Positions 26,469 to 41,291 of a stretch of DNA of 64,000 nucleotides are shown here, piece after piece. Below the pieces are notes generated by a model. That model had not been told where the DNA came from. It made no database searches and saw only the letters and a list, made by a program, of their open reading frames with translations. A program made the position numbers and the translations under genes. Each line of letters begins with the position of its first letter. Position 1 is the first letter of the stretch. The stretch is from Eledone cirrhosa (lineage: Eukaryota). The stretch covers positions 1,240,001 through 1,304,000 of the forward strand of contig OZ024747.1 of assembly GCA_964016885.1 (NCBI GenBank). The letters run 5' to 3'.

Positions 26469-27407
26469 CCTATAAAGCTTTACAATCAATGGTACCAGAA
26501 AATCAGTGATACACCTGTATAACAATTACATCGGAAAAGTCATGTAAAATACACACTGTTGGTTTCACTGCAATGTGTAGTTTCTATTATTGTACAAGTC
26601 AATAAATAAGATGGCACAGTTTTGGGGCTAAAGTGTTGGCAGATGGAGTCTTTAGTGTCAAAGTGAAATGTATCCAGTTCATGTGAAAGCCAGGAAAGAC
26701 ATGGATATCACATACAGGCTACATATTTAGGAGGGCAGTAACTCTGAATAAAAACTGATACAAGATAGGGAGGACTCTTTAGACCTCTTGCATAAGACAA
26801 TCTCATTAATGCCAGTACTTTTTGTACTTTAAATGTTTTTGGCAGGTTTTTTTCTGGCTGGCTGTCCTTCCTATCACTTCAGTGTGGACTGGGCACATTG
26901 TTCATGCCACCAGCACTAGAGAGGTTGTCTTTCTGAACTCATGAGTCCTCTCCACCCTGGGTTAATTTTTATTTCGAGTGTCTACTCGACCAGGCGGGTT
27001 GCCTTCACTATGGCTTACGGAGCCCACGACTGCTCCATGCGGCCGTTTTTAATTGGAGTCACTGATCTCATAGATAGGTTGCTCTTACCATGACCATATC
27101 TACCCAATGTAGTCGTATTAAATCAGAGCCATATATATACCCATATGTGGTTGACAGCTGAAAGAAAAGAATATTCAATACAGAGGTAGAGTTTTATTAA
27201 GGCTAAATAGTAAATAGTGAGTATTTTAATGACCCCTTCTCAGTTAAATCCTCCTCCCCCACCAAAGTATTTATATTCTGTCTCCTATTGAAACATTAGT
27301 TCTTGTCTGATGACCCTGTGGTAAACAGGCAAAACTGTGTGTGTGTGTGTGTGTATATCTGTATATGTGTAATAGAGAGAGAGAGTAGAGTCAATATATG
27401 TACTCAC

Positions 27408-27546
27408 CAGAATGCGGTGTAAGTTAGTGAGGACAATCTGATGTGTGTTGGCAACACAACGAAACTGTTGAAATACCAACTGAAGAAGTTGTAAGAGGTA
27501 GCGTGGTTGGTGTTCATTGGCCAGGCTGTCACCTTTGTGACATGAG
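27408..27546 (-). CDS. EXOC4: EXOC4 coding exon 11
   Basis: cag|..|gtgag; SCHKGDSLANEHQPRYLLQLLQLVFQQFRCVANTHQIVLTNLHRIL vs Sec8 QPRLLLELLELLFDKF; phase 2/0. Confidence 0.93.
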
Positions 27547-27929
27547 CTGTAAAATAGAGAATTACTGTATATACACTCAAATATAAGCCGAGGAATATGT
27601 GACCCCAAAAATCAATGGTAAAATGGGGAGAGGTTAGCTTATATACACCACCTAAACAATGTGTTGATTAGCTGCCTTGGTTTATAAATGGGACTAGCAG
27701 TTGGGCCCAATTCTCAGACAAAATAGGGGAGAAGCCTTATATACAGCCCACCACATTCATTGGCGTTAGGAAGGGCATCCAGCTGTAGAAACCAAGCCAA
27801 CGTTAGTTCTATAATAACAAGACATGGTCACCTGACCTAGCTTGTCTCACAATAGGACAACTTGTCTAACCCATGCTAGATTTGAAAAATGGACATTAAA
27901 CAGTGATGATGACAACCCCTGATACTCAC

Positions 27930-28000
27930 CTTTCTACAATCTGTTCAGAAGCCCGCGACACAATGGCCATTAACTCTGGCTGTATTCTCATTTTGACTGC
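27930..28000 (-). CDS. EXOC4: EXOC4 coding exon 10
   Basis: cag|..|gtgag; AVKMRIQPELMAIVSRASEQIVE; phase 0/2. Confidence 0.9.
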
Positions 28001-28193
28001 CTGCAACATATTGGGAAATATCAATAACTGATCAATAATTGATCAGGGGTCATTATGATGGCCAGAGAGTAGGGGGAGGGGAGTAGATTGATGTTAAAAC
28101 AAAGTAACAGAAGAGGACAAGACTTAGAGAGAGATGAAAGGGAGAGAGTGAAGGAGAAATAGAGAGAGAAGAGACAAAGAAAGTAAAATGTAC

Positions 28194-28378
28194 CTCAACA
28201 GCTTCAGGAAGTTTCTTAAGAAGGAACAAAGATTCCACTAATATTGCAATAAAGTGAGCTAACTTTTCCTCAGGATCACAGTTCAAATCTTCTGTAATCT
28301 CACCATTCTTGTCTCCAGATGTCACAGAAATGGTTGGCGAGGAGGATGGACTACCACTTACATCTTTTAATAAATTCC
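28194..28378 (-). CDS. EXOC4: EXOC4 coding exon 9
   Basis: cag|..|gtaca; ...EDLNCDPEEKLAHFIAILVESLFLLKKLPEAVE vs Sec8 EDLELDPEE..LKKIPETV; phase 1/0. Confidence 0.93.
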
Positions 28379-28400
28379 CTGAAATAACCAAAAAGAACAG

Positions 28401-29052
28401 TGTGGTGGTGTGACGGTGTGGTGGTGTGGTGTGTGGTGGTGGTGTGGTGTGGTGGTGGTGTGGTGGTGTGGGTGGTGTGGTGTGGTGGTGTGGGTGGTGT
28501 GGTGTGGTGGTGCGGTGGTGTGGTGTTGAGGTGGTGTGGTGTTGTGGTGGTGTGGTGTTGTGTGGTGTGGTGGTGTGATGGTGTAGTGGTGTGGTGTGGT
28601 GTGTGGTGTGTGGTGGTGTGGTGTGGTGGTGTGGTGTGTTGTGTGATGGTGGTGTGGTGTGGTGTGGGTGTGGTGTGGTGGTGTAGTGGCGTGGTGTGGT
28701 GTATGGTAGTGTGGTGGTGTGGTGGTGGTGTGGTGTGTGATGTGGTGGTGTGGTGTGGTGTGGTGGTGGTGTGGTGTGGTGTGGTGGTGGTGTGGTATGT
28801 GGTGGTGGTGTGGTGTGTGATGTGGTGGTGTGGTGTGGTGTGATGGTGGTGTGGTGTGGTGGTGGTGTGGTGTGGTGGTGGTATGGTGTGGTGGTGTGGT
28901 GGTGGTGGTGTGATGGTGGTGTGGTGGTGGTGTGATGGTGGTGTGGTGGTGGTGTGATGTGATGTGGTGGTGTGATGTGGTGTAGTGTGGTGTGGTGTGG
29001 TGTGGTGTGGTGCTGTGATGTGGTGCTGTGATGTGGTGGTGTGGTGATGTGG
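28401..29052. repeat. (GTG/TGG)n low-complexity tract
   Basis: Direct inspection; starts ~20 nt from the exon 9 acceptor. Confidence 0.95.
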
Positions 29053-29214
29053 TTAAAAGTGTTGTATCATTGACCATGTGGGTCTCAAGTTCAAACCTCA
29101 CTAGGTTCCTCTCCAAAAAGTAATACAATGTTGAGTCACAGTCTACCTAGCTGTAAGTAGGTACAACATCAACCTTATCACCATTTAATGTCTATTTTCC
29201 ATGCTGTCATAGGT

Positions 29215-29640
29215 TCAATGGACAGTTGTATGCCGAGCTCTTAATCCAGTTTGTTCCATTGGGAACATAAGTCAACCAATCGTCTCCAACACTGTTGGTT
29301 GTCAGCAACTCGTTGACATCTGTGTCAAGTGATGTTGACAGTTTGTAGCTTACTTTAGAATATCTTCCCCCAGGTCATCTTCGGTCGACATCTTTTCCAC
29401 TTGCCTTCGGGGGGAGTCGACATCATTGCCAGGAGGGTGTAGAATGTGACCCACAAAACAGAACCGATGCTCTGTGATTCCTGCAGTGTACACAACTCTG
29501 CTCCCCACAGGATCTCTTCTTTCCTAACCCGATCTCGCCAGTTAACTTTTAGAATCTTATACAGGCACCTTTGATGGAGTGTTTAGACACTACTTGTCTT
29601 GACAGTACATTTCCACGTCTCACAGAGAGCTGGAATGAAT
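29215..29640 (-). mobile_element. Degraded LINE 3' fragment
   Basis: Minus strand reads ..RCLYKILKVNWRDRVRKEEI.., typical post-RT LINE sequence, with disruptions. Confidence 0.6.
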
Positions 29641-29865
29641 ACAGTGATGCTTTCTATCTAATGTTCTAGTTTACCACCTACACGTAAGTTATAGGACTGC
29701 TATATCAGAACTGAACTGGGACACATAACAGAGCTATCAGGTCTCATGTTCTAGTTCACCCCTACATGTAAGTTAGAAAACTGCTACCAACCCCAATATC
29801 ACAACCACCAAAATTTATATTTATAGTCCAACCTCTAAGAAATAAACAAAGACTAATATACATAC

Positions 29866-30034
29866 TTGCCATTCCTGCAGGTCTTCTATAGTTCCTGTCG
29901 GCAGGTGAAGCAGTCTGTGGGGCCTGTTTAGATGAACGCCCTGAGCCAGACCGTTGGACATTCCTTGATGCTTCACTGGTAGCACGAATGTATATCTGAC
30001 GATTTAACTCATCAATCAGGACTTCATGCATTTG
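29866..30034 (-). CDS. EXOC4: EXOC4 coding exon 8
   Basis: cag|..|gtatg; QMHEVLIDELNRQIYIRATS.. vs Sec8 LHLVLIDELHRHLYIKST; phase 0/1. Confidence 0.93.
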
Positions 30035-30054
30035 CTGGATGAAATAGAAAAACA

Positions 30055-33000
30055 GTGTACTATGTGGTAGTGTGTACTATAGCAGATGTATGGTACTATG
30101 TGGTAGTGTGTACTATAGCAGATGTATGGTACTATGTGGTAGTGTGTACTATAGCAGATGTATGGTACTATGTGGTAGTGTGTACTATAGAAGATGTATG
30201 GTACTATGTGGTGGTGTGTACTATAGCAGATGTATGGTACTATGTGGTAGTGTGTACTATAGAAGATGTATGGTACTATGTGGTAGTGTGTACTATAGCA
30301 GATGTATGGTACTATGTGGTAGTGTGTACTATAGAAGATGTATGGTACTATGTGGTAGTGTGTACTATAGCAGATGTATGGTACTATGTGGTAGTGTGTA
30401 CTATAGAAGATGTATGGTACTATGTGGTAGTGTGTACTATAGCAGATGTATGGTACTATGTGGTGGTGTGTACTATAGCAGATGTATGGTACTATGTGGT
30501 GGTGTGTACTATAGAAGATGTATGGTACTATGTGGTAGTGTGTACTATAGCAGATGTATGGTACTATGTGGTGGTATGTACTATAGAATATGTATGGTAC
30601 TATGTGGTGGTGTGTACTATAGAAGATGTATGGTACCATGTGGTAGTGTGTACTGTAGATGTATGGTACTATGTGGTAGTGTGTACTATAGAAGATGTAT
30701 GGTACTATGTGGTAGTGTGTACTATAGAAGATGTATGGTACTATGTGGTGGTGTGTACTATAGCAGATGTATGGTACTATGTGGTAGTGTGTACTATAGA
30801 AGATGTATGGTACTATGTGGTAGTGTGTACTATAGAAGATGTATGGTACCATGTGGTAGTGTGTACTATAGAAGATGTATGGTACTATGTGGTGGTGTGT
30901 ACTATAGCAGATGTATGGTACTATGTGGTAGTGTGTACTATAGAAGATGTATGGTACTATGTGGTAGTGTGTACTATAGCAGATGTATGGTACTATGTGG
31001 TGGTGTGTACTATAGCAGATGTATGGTACTATGTGGTGGTGTGTACTATAGCAGATGTATGGTACTATGTGGTAGTGTGTACTATAGAAGATGTATGGTA
31101 CTATGTGGTGGTGTGTACTATAGCAGATGTATGGTACTATGTGGTAGTGTGTACTATAGCAGATGTATGGCACTATGTGGTGGTGTGTACTATAGCAGAT
31201 GTATGGTACTATGTGGTAGTGTGTACTATAGAAGATGTATGGTACTATGTGGTGGTGTGTACTATAGCAGATGTATGGTACTATGTGGTAGTGTGTACTA
31301 TAGCAGATGTATGGCACTATGTGGTAGTGTGTACTATAGCAGATGTATGGTACTATGTGGTAGTGTGTACTATAGCAGATGTATGGTACTATGTGGTAGT
31401 GTGTACTATAGCAGATGTATGGCACTATGTGGTAGTGTGTACTATAGAAGATGTATGGTACTATGTGGTAGTGTGTACTATAGCAGATGTATGGTACTAT
31501 GTGGTGGTGTGTACTATAGCAGATGTATGGTACTATGTGGTGGTGTGTACTATAGATGTATGGTAGTATGTGGTAGTGTGTACTATAGAATATGTATGGT
31601 ACTATGTGGTGGTGTGTACTATAGAAGATGTATGGTACGATGTGGTAGTGTGTACTATAGCAGATGTATGGTACTATGTGGTGGTATGTACTATAGCAGA
31701 TGTATGGTACTATGTGGTAGTGTGTACTATAGCAGATGTATGGTACTATGCGGTGGTATGTACTATAGCAGATGTATGGTACTATGTGGTAGTGTGTACT
31801 ATAGAATATGTATGGTACTATGTGGTGGTATGTACTATAGAAGATGTATGGTACTATGTGGTAGTGTGTACTATAGAAGATGTATGGTACTATGTGGTAG
31901 TGTGTACTATAGCAGATGTATGGTACTATGTGGTGGTGTGTACTATAGAAGATGTATGGTACTATGTGGTGGTGTGTACTATAGCAGATGTATGGTACTA
32001 TGTGGTGGTGTGTACTATAGAAGATGTATGGTACTATGTGGTAGTGTGTACTATAGCAGATGTATGGTACTATGTGGTGGTGTGTACTATAGAAGATGTA
32101 TGGTAGTATGTGGTAGTGTGTACTGTAGGAGATGTATGGTACTATGTGGTAGTGTGTACTATAGAAGATGTATGGTACTATGTGGTGGTGTGTACTATAG
32201 CAGATGTATGGTACTATGTGGTGGTGTGTACTATAGAAGATGTATGGTACTATGTGGTAGTGTGTACTGTAGATGTATGGTACTATGTGGTGGTGTGTAC
32301 TATAGAAGATGTATGGTACCATGTGGTAGTGTGTACTGTAGATGTATGGTACTATGTGGTAGTGTGTACTATAGCAGATGTATGGTACTATGTGGTAGTG
32401 TGTACTGTAGATGTATGGTACTATGTGGTAGTGTGTACTATAGAAGATGTATGGTAGTATGTGGTAGTGTGTACTATAGCAGATGTATGGTACTATGTGG
32501 TAGTGTGTACTGTAGAAGATGTATGGTACTATGTGGTAGTGTGTACTGTAGAAGATGTATGGTACTATGTGGTGGTGTGTACTATAGCAGATGTATGGTA
32601 CTATGTGGTGGTGTGTACTATAGAAGATGTATGGTACTATGTGGTAGTGTGTACTATAGAAGATGTATGGTAGTATGTGGTAGTGTGTACTATAGCAGAT
32701 GTATGGTACTATGTGGTGGTGTGTACTATAGAAGATGTATGGTACTATGTGGTAGTGTGTACTATAGAAGATGTATGGTAGTGTGTACTATAGAATATGT
32801 ATGGTACTATGTGGTGGTGTGTACTATAGAAGATGTATGGTACTATGTGGTAGTGTGTACTATAGAAGATGTATGGTAGTATGTGGTAGTGTGTACTATA
32901 GAATATGTATGGTACTATGTGGTAGTGTGTACTATAGAAGATGTATGGTACTATGTGGTGGTATGTACTATAGAAGATGTATGGTACTATGTGGTAGTGT

Positions 33001-33118
33001 GTACTATAGCAGATGTATGGTACTATGTGGTAGTGTGTACTATAGCAGATGTATGGTACTATGTGGTGGTGTGTACTATAGAAGATGTATGGTACTATGT
33101 GGTAGTGTGTACTATAGA
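30055..33118. repeat. 36-bp minisatellite, ~85 copies
   Basis: Unit GTACTATGTGGTAGTGTGTACTATAGCAGATGTATG with recurrent variants. Confidence 0.97.
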
Positions 33119-33628
33119 AATGTTAATATTTATTGAGGAATGGGGTTGAGTATGGTGCACCGTATTATGTAAATATGGAAAAAGAAAAGATGTGTGCGTA
33201 TGTGTGCAAGGTGGTGTATTGGTGACATGACAAAAAGCACCCAGTCTGCCCTGCAAGTTTGTCATGCCAGTGACACAATGAAAAACTACCCCATCCAAGC
33301 AGTCAGATAGGTGTTTTGGTGCCACAATAAAAAGCACCCTTTCCTAATGCCAACCACATTTTTTAAATGTGGTTGGCATTAGGAAAGACATCAAGCAAGA
33401 AAAACCAAACCAGAAATAGTTTTGTATGAAGAAGACATGGTCACCTAATCTTACTCGTCTCACAATGGGACAACTTGTCTAACTTATGTTAGCTTAGAAA
33501 AATGGATCTTAAATGGTGATGATTATATATATATGGCAACTTTTTTCTGTCACTAGGGATGTTCACCCAATTTTTAAATTCTATTTTATAGCAACGGAAT
33601 GTAATTTTCTGTATCTGAGCTTCCTGTG

Positions 33629-35686
<2,058 letters not shown>

Positions 35687-35728
35687 ATTATGAAAATAAA
35701 CCAAAGAAGCCTTCAATACATCAAAAGT

Positions 35729-35782
35729 CTTTATTAGCCAACAATGTTTCATCCTATTAAGGACTCATCAGGGCAATTAAAG
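35729..35782 (-). ncRNA. Minimal type I hammerhead ribozyme (sense to EXOC4 pre-mRNA)
   Basis: CTTTAATTGCC-CTGATGA-GTCCT taat AGGAT-GAAA-CATTG-TT-GGCTAATAAAG; G.U pair at the base of stem II. Confidence 0.75.
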
Positions 35783-37485
35783 CTATAAGAAGCACTATCG
35801 GCCAATACAAGCCAAAAACTCAGAAGAATATGGAGTGTACATACATTAAAGCATAGGAAAATATCAAGTAAAAATTGCTAAGGAAGTGAATAACATTTTG
35901 AACCACATTACAAATATAGTCCAATGCAAAAACTAAAGCTAAACAGAGGTGGTGATATAAAGCGGGAATTATTGTACTATATATAATATAATATAATATA
36001 ATTGATAATAATAATAATAATATTAAAAGGCCCAATATACATATATACATATATACATATGTACACATATATACATATATATCAATACACATTTCCATCA
36101 ATACAAGCACAAACTAACCCTTATTAAGAGTTTATATATAAATAAGAATAATAAGAATAATAAGAATAAAAATAAAGATAAAAATAAAAATAAAAATATA
36201 ATACATATATTATTTACAGTATAAAATGAAGAATAAATGATTAAAAGTAAACATATAATATATAATAAACTATATAATTATATAATAGATAATCTCCGGT
36301 TAATTTGCACAAACAATATAAATGTTACAATAACACTATAATAACAATATTATAATATAATGGCATATAACTTAACAAATCATATAGAGTTACAGACCGG
36401 GTGAGAAAAAATATTGTACAGAATTAAATTATGTTGGAAAAATTATTTTGGAAAAATATCAAAACCATTGCAAGAAAACAGATGGAGGTCAAATTTCTAT
36501 ACAATTGGTGTAAATAAATATTATCCAAACATTACAAAAATTATAAAAATATAAACATATTACAGAATTTACAAAATTTAACATAACATAATGGTACATT
36601 TAATAATCGGTAAATAATAAAGATCAGTAGTACGTTTACAAAGAGTGGAATGATATAAAACTTCAATATAAAATATTGAACATAGTATAATATACATAAT
36701 TACGTGGTTGGTGGACAGACATTTGTGAATAAGTGAATGAGAACCAGACAGAAAACTACGCACGGTAGTATAAATATATAAATAAAATCAACCGGAAATC
36801 GAAAAACAAAAACAAAAGTATTTACTTAGGTGTCACATGCAGTTAAGTAAAAAATTTAGGAAACAAACCCGGATAAATGACTAGAAAACCCTATTAAATT
36901 AATTAATATTGAAAGTATTTAAAATACATAAGTCAATACAAAATTAGCTATGGTTTAAGTAATCAAAATCTCTAAATTTTAAAATATTACTATAAAAATA
37001 TCTGGAAAAGAATGAAATATTCTACTATCAGTTGAATAACGTTATCTAATAAACGGACTTTAAATAGAATTATGGTAGGCCAATGGGGACAGAAAAAAGA
37101 AATGTATGTAGGATACGAAGGAGCATAAAATCATAATCAATATACTGTATTATACAATAGAAAGGAGCATAAAAGGGAATTGAATATAATTATAGTATAT
37201 TTGAAGGGGCGAATGACAAATGTGGGGGGGGGGGGGGGCTCAGTTATCCAAAGAAGAATCCAAATAAAATAAAATAAAATAATATAAAATAAAATATATA
37301 ATCAGAGATAAACTCATAAGGTGTTAATAGTGAAAATTTAATATTTAAGAAGATAGATATGGTATGGTAGCCAAAAGACTATGAAAGCTAGAATGAAAAG
37401 CTGTTAAAAACCAATAATAATAATGATGATAATGATGGTGGTAAACAAAATGAACCTAAACTAAAAAGATAAGGGAATATAGCAG

Positions 37486-37722
37486 CTAATGGATACAATT
37501 TACACTACTAGAACCTTTAGGTTTATAATAAAAGTAAGAATTTGAAATGGCGTGGGGGCAAGAAGAGAATATCTCAGACTTTCTATTAAGTAAGGTTTCC
37601 CTAGAGAAAATTATAGAGTGGGTCTCAAGGATACAGAGATTACAAAATTTAGTATGTGTTGAAAGGTTATTAGAGCGTGCTACTATTCGCCAATTAAGGC
37701 TATATGGTATATTAGCCCCCTT
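37486..37722 (-). pseudogene. C-terminal remnant of PLE ORF (GIY-YIG endonuclease tail, Naiad-like)
   Basis: ATG-less 79-codon frame KGANIPYSLNWRIVARSNNLSTHTKFCNLCILETHSIIFSRETLLNRKSEIFSSCPH..; pattern W-x-I..CxLC..E..LLN..E....CxH recalled from PLE C-termini. Confidence 0.72.
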
Positions 37723-37761
37723 AAGTTTTTGGCTTGTATTGGCCGATAGTGCTTCTTATAG

Positions 37762-37815
37762 CTTTAATTGCCCTGATGAGTCCTTAATAGGACGAAACAT
37801 TGTTGGCTAATAAAG
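37762..37815 (+). ncRNA. Minimal type I hammerhead ribozyme
   Basis: CTGATGA-GTCCT taat AGGAC-GAAA-CATTG-TT; stem I CTTTAATTGCC/GGCTAATAAAG; GUU site after 37804. Confidence 0.8.
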
Positions 37816-37964
37816 ACTTTTGATGTATTGAAGGCTTCTTTGGTTTATTTTCATAATTCTTCAGCTCTGTATAATTACATTGAGCTATACTTTTACTGTC
37901 ATTTCTATAATACGAAGAGGGTGTTTAACTCCAACACACTCTAGTATTTTAATTCTTATATATA

Positions 37965-38453
37965 TCATCATCATCATCATCGTTTAACGTCCATGTTCCA
38001 CACTTGCATGGGTTTGGACGGGAGTTTTCCCACTTGAGGCAAGAGTGGTTGTCTTGCTCGCATAGGACTGTCTGGCGGGTTTTCTACAGCTGGATGCCCT
38101 TCCTAACACCAACCACATTTACAGTGTGGGGCTGGGAGGTTTTTACCGTGTTGCCTACACGGCCACATTACAGCGTGGACTGTCTGGCAGGTTTTCTACA
38201 GCTGGATGCCCTTCCTAACACCAACCACATTTACAGTGTGGGACTGGGAGGTTTTTACCATGTTGCCTACACGGCCACATTACAGTGTGGACTGTGTTTT
38301 TTTTGTTTTTTTTTGTCGTATCACCGTTTTACGTCCATTCTTCCATGCTAGCATGGGTTAGACGGGTTGTTCTGTTGTGGGCAGTGTCTGGTCGGCTGAC
38401 CATGCCTTGCTCATACAGGAACTGATTTTGGCTTGATTTCTGCAGCTGGATGC
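37965..38453 (-). mobile_element. Joined 3' UTR ends of two RTE families
   Basis: (CAT)n tail and family A-like 3' UTR (to ~38318), then family B 3' UTR. Confidence 0.85.
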
Positions 38454-38457
38454 TGTA

Positions 38458-38622
38458 AATTTTTGACCGTTGGTCAGTCAATGGCAACATTGAGGACCAA
38501 ATAAATTAGATTACCGATATAAAAGACACAGAAACGAAAAGCGAAAACCAACCAAACAGTGAGTGTGTTATTAATTCTGGCAATATTTCACAAATATGAC
38601 CCTCCCCAAGTATAACAATATA
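38458..38622 (+). mobile_element. Third copy of the 4562-6018 PLE-like terminus
   Basis: Matches 5857-6018 and ends at the same ATGACCCTCCCCAAGTATAACAATAT|(AT)n junction. Confidence 0.85.
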
Positions 38623-38886
38623 TATATAAATACATCCATTATATATATATATATATATATATATAACACATATATATATATATAAATAAATACACACATA
38701 TATATATATAAATAAATACATATATATATATATAAATAAATATCTATATATATATAAATAAATAAATACATATATATATAAATAAATACATATATATATA
38801 AATAAATACATATATATATAAATAAATACATATATATATATATACGATATTAAATAAATGGAAACTATATTTATAAAACCATATTT

Positions 38887-38950
38887 ATTTCATTATATAT
38901 ATTTCAGGGATATCATATTAACAATATGCTATGCCTTCCTCAGACAAAAT
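38887..38950 (-). ncRNA. Minimal type I hammerhead ribozyme in a ~230-bp palindrome (38842-39074)
   Basis: ATTTTGT-CTGAGGA-AGG..CATATT gtt AATATG..CCT-GAAA-TATATA-TA-ATGAAAT; stem I has two G.U pairs; palindromic stem III. Confidence 0.7.
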
Positions 38951-39315
38951 ACAATATAGACAGTTTTATAGATAAATAGATTTGACATACCGTTCAAATA
39001 TGATATCCCTGAAATATATATAATGAAATAAATATGGTTTTATAAATATAGTTTCCATTTATTTAATATCGTAAATATACTCCAAATACTTGTTGAGTGC
39101 TTTTATATTAGTTATAAATATTTACTAGTTGTAACCCAACAATTTAAATATAACTTTCCATAGCCGTCGAAACGGCTTGAGCTCAGCTGTCGGGGTCTTA
39201 CTGGTTCCTATTACCCACTCTACTACCTCAAGTATTGAGTACTTTGGTGCGTTATGGTCCACCTGGTTCCTTACCACATTTCCTTCGTTATATATATATA
39301 TATATATATAAATAA

Positions 39316-39390
<75 letters not shown>

Positions 39391-39467
39391 CATAGATATA
39401 TATATATAAATAAATACATATATATATATATATAAATAAATATATATATATATATATAAATAAGTAT

Positions 39468-39881
39468 ATCATCATCATCATCATCATCGTTTAACGTCCC
39501 TGTTCCACGCTTGCATGGGTTTGGACGGGGGTTTTCCCACTTGAGGCAAGAGTGGTTGTCTTGCTCGCATAGGACTGTCTGGCGGGTTTTCTACAGCTGG
39601 ATGCCCTTCCTAACACCAACCACATTTACAGTGTGGGGCTGGGAGGTTTTTACCGTGTTGCCTACACGGCCACATTACAGCGTGGACTGTCTGGCGTGTT
39701 TTCTACAGCTGGATGCCCTTCCTAACACCAACCACATTTACAGTGTGGGACTGGGAAGTTTTTACCGTGTTGCCTACACGGCCACATTACAGCGTGGACT
39801 GTGTGTTTTTTTTGCCGTGACACCTACACGATCTCGTTTGTTTCGGCCTGGATGTTGTTTGGGGTTATGTTGGCCATCCGC
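39468..39881 (-). mobile_element. RTE family A-like 3' UTR joined to a 23-nt piece of the element's 5' region
   Basis: (CAT)n tail; 39859-39881 is identical to 20292-20314. Confidence 0.8.
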
Positions 39882-39905
39882 ATATATATATATATAAATA
39901 AATAC

Positions 39906-39938
<33 letters not shown>

Positions 39939-40001
39939 TACATATCTATATATATATATATAAATAAATACATATATATATATATATATATAAATAAATA
40001 C

Positions 40002-40032
<31 letters not shown>

Positions 40033-40063
40033 CATATATATATATATATATATAAATAAATAC

Positions 40064-40094
<31 letters not shown>

Positions 40095-41291
40095 CATCAT
40101 CATCATCATCATCGTTTTACGTCCGTTCTTCCACGCTAGCATGGGTTAGACGGGTTATCCTGTTGTGGGCAGTGTCTGGTCGGCTGACCATGCCTTGTTC
40201 ATACAGGAACTGATTTTGGCTTGATTTCTACAGCTGGATGCCCTTCCTAACACCAACCTCATTTACAGTGAGTGCTGGGTGCTTTTTTGGTGGTGCCTAC
40301 ACGTCCACTTTACAGTGTGGGCTGGGTGCTTTTTTGCCGTGGCACCTCCACGACCACCTTGCAGTGGGAGTGTGTGGGGGCATATTGTCTATATGCTTCA
40401 GCTTGTACCCATGGGAGGTCGGGTACTCTGTATTACTGCATGACGCCAGAGGTCACGGTCGTGTGTCATCGCCTTTGAGAGGTGTAATTGGTAAGGTCGG
40501 CTTTTAACACCTCATCCCAGGTCTTCTTGGGTCTCCCCACTCCGCGGTTTCCATTGACTTCTAGTGCTCTGCACCTTTTTATGCAGCTATCATCCTTCAT
40601 ACGCATCACATGTCCATACCAACGCAACCGCCTCTCCTGCACACAGCATTTGATTCCTCTTATGCTCAGTCTCTCTCTCAATTCATTTATGCTTTGTCGT
40701 TCACGTATATTACTATTACACATCCATCGGAGCATGCAGGCTTCGTTTCTCTCTAATCTACGTAAGTCTTCCACCTTCTGCGCCCAGGTCTCACTACCAT
40801 GTAACATTGCTGTTCAGATACAGTCTGCCTTTCATTTTGAGGGAGAAGCCTTTTGCAGCTAGCAGTGGCAGTAGCTCCCTGAACTTCTTCCATCCCGTTC
40901 TTACCCTAGTTATTGTACTTTCTGAACACCCACTTCCGCTGTTAATTCAGTCACCTAGGTAGCAGAAGCTGTCTACTGTTTCTACAGAGCCCTCCCAGAG
41001 ATTGGTGGTATTTGTTTCCTGTGGCTGTTTGCTGCTTGCTGTCCCAGCACAGCTGTTGCATGTGAAGCCTACATTCTTAATTAAGCTTCCTGAGATCCCG
41101 CAACATCTCTTGTGTACCCATTGTTTGCATTTGGGGCAAAGAATGGAGTTCCTACCTACACCTTTCCTACATACTGAGCATGGCTACTTCCCTGAGGGGA
41201 TCTGGATTCTGTTTTCTCATCTACTTACAAGGACCTTAGTCTTTGTCATGTTCACTTTGAGACCCTTTCTTTCTAGTCCCTGCTTCCAAGT
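40095..41291 (-). mobile_element. 3' fragment of RTE LINE family B with PHD-like insert
   Basis: SGKxPCSVCRKGVGRNSILCPKCKQWVHKRC, FCYLG, HGSETW, RWYGHV; GAT tail. Confidence 0.92.

Larger units (their letters stand above)
35687..37960 (-). mobile_element. 5'-truncated Penelope-like element with inverted terminal (pLTR) copy
   Basis: 134-bp inverted repeats 35687-35820 and 37724-37857, each with a hammerhead; endonuclease-like C-terminal ORF remnant at 37486-37722; flanked by TA. Confidence 0.8.

Noticed and set aside
28367-29128. His/Thr/Pro-rich 253-aa ORF
   Set aside because: Translation of a (CAC)n low-complexity intron tract.
30016-33149. 768-935 aa repetitive ORFs on both strands, and CRISPR-like 36-bp periodicity
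   Set aside because: Head-to-tail minisatellite with no unique spacers and no cas genes, inside a eukaryotic intron; the open frames follow from a unit length divisible by 3.
37547-37810. 87-aa plus-strand ORF
   Set aside because: Antisense shadow of the PLE endonuclease remnant, running into the inverted repeat.
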